64,000 nt of DNA from Cuspidothrix sp. Its GTDB lineage: Bacteria > Cyanobacteriota > Cyanobacteriia > Cyanobacteriales > Nostocaceae. The position numbers and the translations under genes are program-made. The stretch covers positions 5,135-69,134 of the forward strand of contig JBJTUF010000092.1 of assembly GCA_046080565.1 (NCBI GenBank). The letters are read 5' to 3'. Under the pieces are notes generated by a model, which ran no database searches, had not been told where the DNA came from, and saw only the letters and a list, made by a program, of their open reading frames with translations. Each line of letters starts with the position of its first letter. Positions within the stretch are counted from its first letter, which is position 1. This document shows, piece by piece, positions 62,044 through 64,000 of this stretch.

Positions 62044-62742
62044 ATGTTTGCTCAATTAAGTATGAACTTATTAATTCAGTGTCGCGCTCAATTTCAGAAA
62101 CTGTGGCGATGGTTCAAAAAATTATGTTGGGCTTTGAGACTTCTCCTCATTAGCTGGCTGGCTTTTACTACTATAACTCTAGTTTCTGCTTCTTCACACC
62201 CAGTAGATGCGTTTTTTGTTTTGGGTGGCAGTATTCAGCGAGAAATTTATGTAGCCCAATTAGCAACTCAATATCCCCATATCCCCATTTTAATTTCTAG
62301 TGGTTCTGAAAATCCTTGTATTTGGTTAATTTTTCAGCGCGAAGGTGCTGATTTACAAGAAGTTAGTTTAGAAACCTGCGCCAAATCTACTTTTAATAAT
62401 TTTTATTATGGAACACCGATTTTAGAAAATTGGGGGGTACACAAAGTAAAATTAATTACTTCTGGTACTCATTTTTTTCGAGCCAAGTTAATGGCACAGA
62501 TTATTTTAGGTTCTCATGGGATTTGGGTAGAACCAGAAGTTGTTCAGGAACAAGGTGTTCCCGGAAATCGAGAATACTGGTATAAAACCATCTTAGATAC
62601 TATTCGTAGTTTAGCCTGGGCGGTTTTAAGTCAATTTATTCATCTCCATTGTCCAAGTATTATTAAGCTAATTGATATTGATATGTCTGTGTGGGAACAA
62701 AAGGGGTTTCATTGTGAATATCAGGGAGGGTTGAATAGGTAA
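62044..62742 (+). CDS. YdcF/DUF218 family protein
   Basis: VLGG, ILISSG, E..AKST..N and LITS..H..RA motifs. Confidence 0.85.
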   Translation: MFAQLSMNLLIQCRAQFQKLWRWFKKLCWALRLLLISWLAFTTITLVSASSHPVDAFFVLGGSIQREIYVAQLATQYPHIPILISSGSENPCIWLIFQREGADLQEVSLETCAKSTFNNFYYGTPILENWGVHKVKLITSGTHFFRAKLMAQIILGSHGIWVEPEVVQEQGVPGNREYWYKTILDTIRSLAWAVLSQFIHLHCPSIIKLIDIDMSVWEQKGFHCEYQGGLNR

Positions 62743-62904
62743 GGGTGTACTTTACTCCTAACATCTCTGATACAAATTATACAAAATAATGATACAGATT
62801 TTCCCTAGGGGTTTAGCATTGCTAAACCCTTACACACCGCCCCTTTTCTATCATCAATCTGGTGATAAGTTCATAATTTTCGAGTCATTTTATTATATTA
62901 AAAA

Positions 62905-63369
62905 TTAGCAATCGCCTAACAACTGCAATACACTCTGAATGTGGTTTTGAAACGCTTTTAAACCACCATCTTTAGCCCAACGAGCCTTAAAAGTGGGCAA
63001 GTCCTGTAATTTCATTATATTTCCACCCTCATAGCGGAGAACCCCTGAATAATCAAATATTTTATCTGCTCTTGCTGATTCGGGTGGATTAACAAAATCA
63101 ATAGCCCAACATACCTCAACAATTCGGTATATGTTGTAATCACCTTTCCAATTCTCACGTTCAGGCTTATAGTCTAGAACTCTTACCAGATGAGTAACAT
63201 ATCCGCGTTGTCTAAGCAAAATCAAATCGTCTTTTTCTGGTTTACAAGCATCCTCTTCATTGTCTTTCCAAGCCAATTTGAAGAGATCATAAACTTTGCA
63301 TGGTGAATATGCCCAATCACCATCGTCACGTCTCACATTTTTAGTCCACTTCAAAAGAGATAAATCCAT
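62905..63369 (-). CDS. Hypothetical protein
   Basis: 154-aa ORF with GGA RBS and globular composition. Confidence 0.65.
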   Translation of the reverse strand: MDLSLLKWTKNVRRDDGDWAYSPCKVYDLFKLAWKDNEEDACKPEKDDLILLRQRGYVTHLVRVLDYKPERENWKGDYNIYRIVEVCWAIDFVNPPESARADKIFDYSGVLRYEGGNIMKLQDLPTFKARWAKDGGLKAFQNHIQSVLQLLGDC

Positions 63370-63446
63370 ATTACTTATCCAGTAAATTTTAAGGGTCTAT
63401 TGAACTTTTAGATTTCCGAATTCTTTAAGAAGTCGGAATAAATGCT

Positions 63447-63626
63447 TTAGTTATGCTTTTTATTAAATAATTGTTTAGCCTGTTCATAAACCTCAAGAGT
63501 AATTAATACTATATTATTCTCGCCAGCATAACTTTCAATCTTCTTCCGTGCGAAAGGACGCACAAAAAAAGGAATATCTTTAAGTTTAGCTTCCGCTTCC
63601 GCAGTCCATTTAATTTGTTCACTCAT
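63447..63626 (-). CDS. PCP_red (protochlorophyllide reductase C-terminal-like) small protein, missing from the track
   Basis: Hand-translated 59 aa: MSEQIKWTAEAEAKLKDIPFFVRPFARKKIESYA... Confidence 0.85.
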   Translation of the reverse strand: MSEQIKWTAEAEAKLKDIPFFVRPFARKKIESYAGENNIVLITLEVYEQAKQLFNKKHN

Positions 63627-63756
63627 AGATTTCTAGGGTTTAATCTTGATAGTACAGACTTGAACTCATATAACCTTTAACAATCAATATTATATATCAT
63701 AACTCTGATTAAATAAAAGTCGTAAATTTCACATTTCCTCAAGTAATCAAACAAGA

Positions 63757-63999
63757 TTATTTATTAGATAGACTTAAAGTACAAACCCTTTGTAACATAT
63801 TCTGACTAGCAATACTATCAGCCGGAACTAGAAAATATTGAGGCCAATAATCTATAAAATTAGTGTAGGTTTTCCAGCTAGGATTAGCACTTAATTTACC
63901 CTGTTTACAGGATTTGGTATAAGCATTTCTTTTTCTGCCACCAATATTGTATTCAAAAACAACAACTTTTACTTTTGGGTATTTATTATTCTGAATATA
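63757..63999 (-). CDS. 3' end of a hypothetical gene starting beyond the window
   Basis: Open frame from the window edge to TAA at 63757-63759 (...YWPQYFLVPADSIASQNMLQRVCTLSLSNK*). Confidence 0.6.
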   Translation of the reverse strand, partial: YIQNNKYPKVKVVVFEYNIGGRKRNAYTKSCKQGKLSANPSWKTYTNFIDYWPQYFLVPADSIASQNMLQRVCTLSLSNK

Positions 64000-64000
64000 A

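Overview
This is an AT-rich chromosomal segment of a filamentous Nostocales-type cyanobacterium. The assignment rests on frequent HIP1 GCGATCGC, STRR heptamer runs, SDR/MITE repeats, a Rubisco-activase-like gene and ndhF3-ndhD3-cupA. Most genes are core: ruvX, proB, ftsW, actP, rbp, ribE, birA, pgeF, amt, ispH, sodB, pacS, argD and ctpB. Accessory inserts are an XPB/Bax1-like helicase-DUF790 pair, a frameshifted type ISP-like RM gene plus a RelBE-type TA module splitting a copper/MerR locus, an AvaI-like RM pair, and a PEP-CTERM gene that appears integrated into the 3' end of a K+ channel gene. The best candidate for an undescribed system is the + strand cluster at 32.6-39.1 kb. It holds a glutaminase-less AsnB-like ligase and a LysA-fold protein lacking the PLP lysine. 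It also holds two tandem Zn-ribbon/multi-TM proteins that by eye carry Spo11/TopoVI-A-like motifs (catalytic-Tyr helix plus TOPRIM). Three genes are disrupted: the adenylate cyclase (nonsense codon), a DUF3859-like gene (MITE insertion) and the RM gene (frameshift). No rRNA, tRNA or CRISPR array was seen. The ORF track labels 16346..17188 and 60396..61730 as + but the sequence shows both on the - strand. All family calls come from motif recognition by eye, not database searches.
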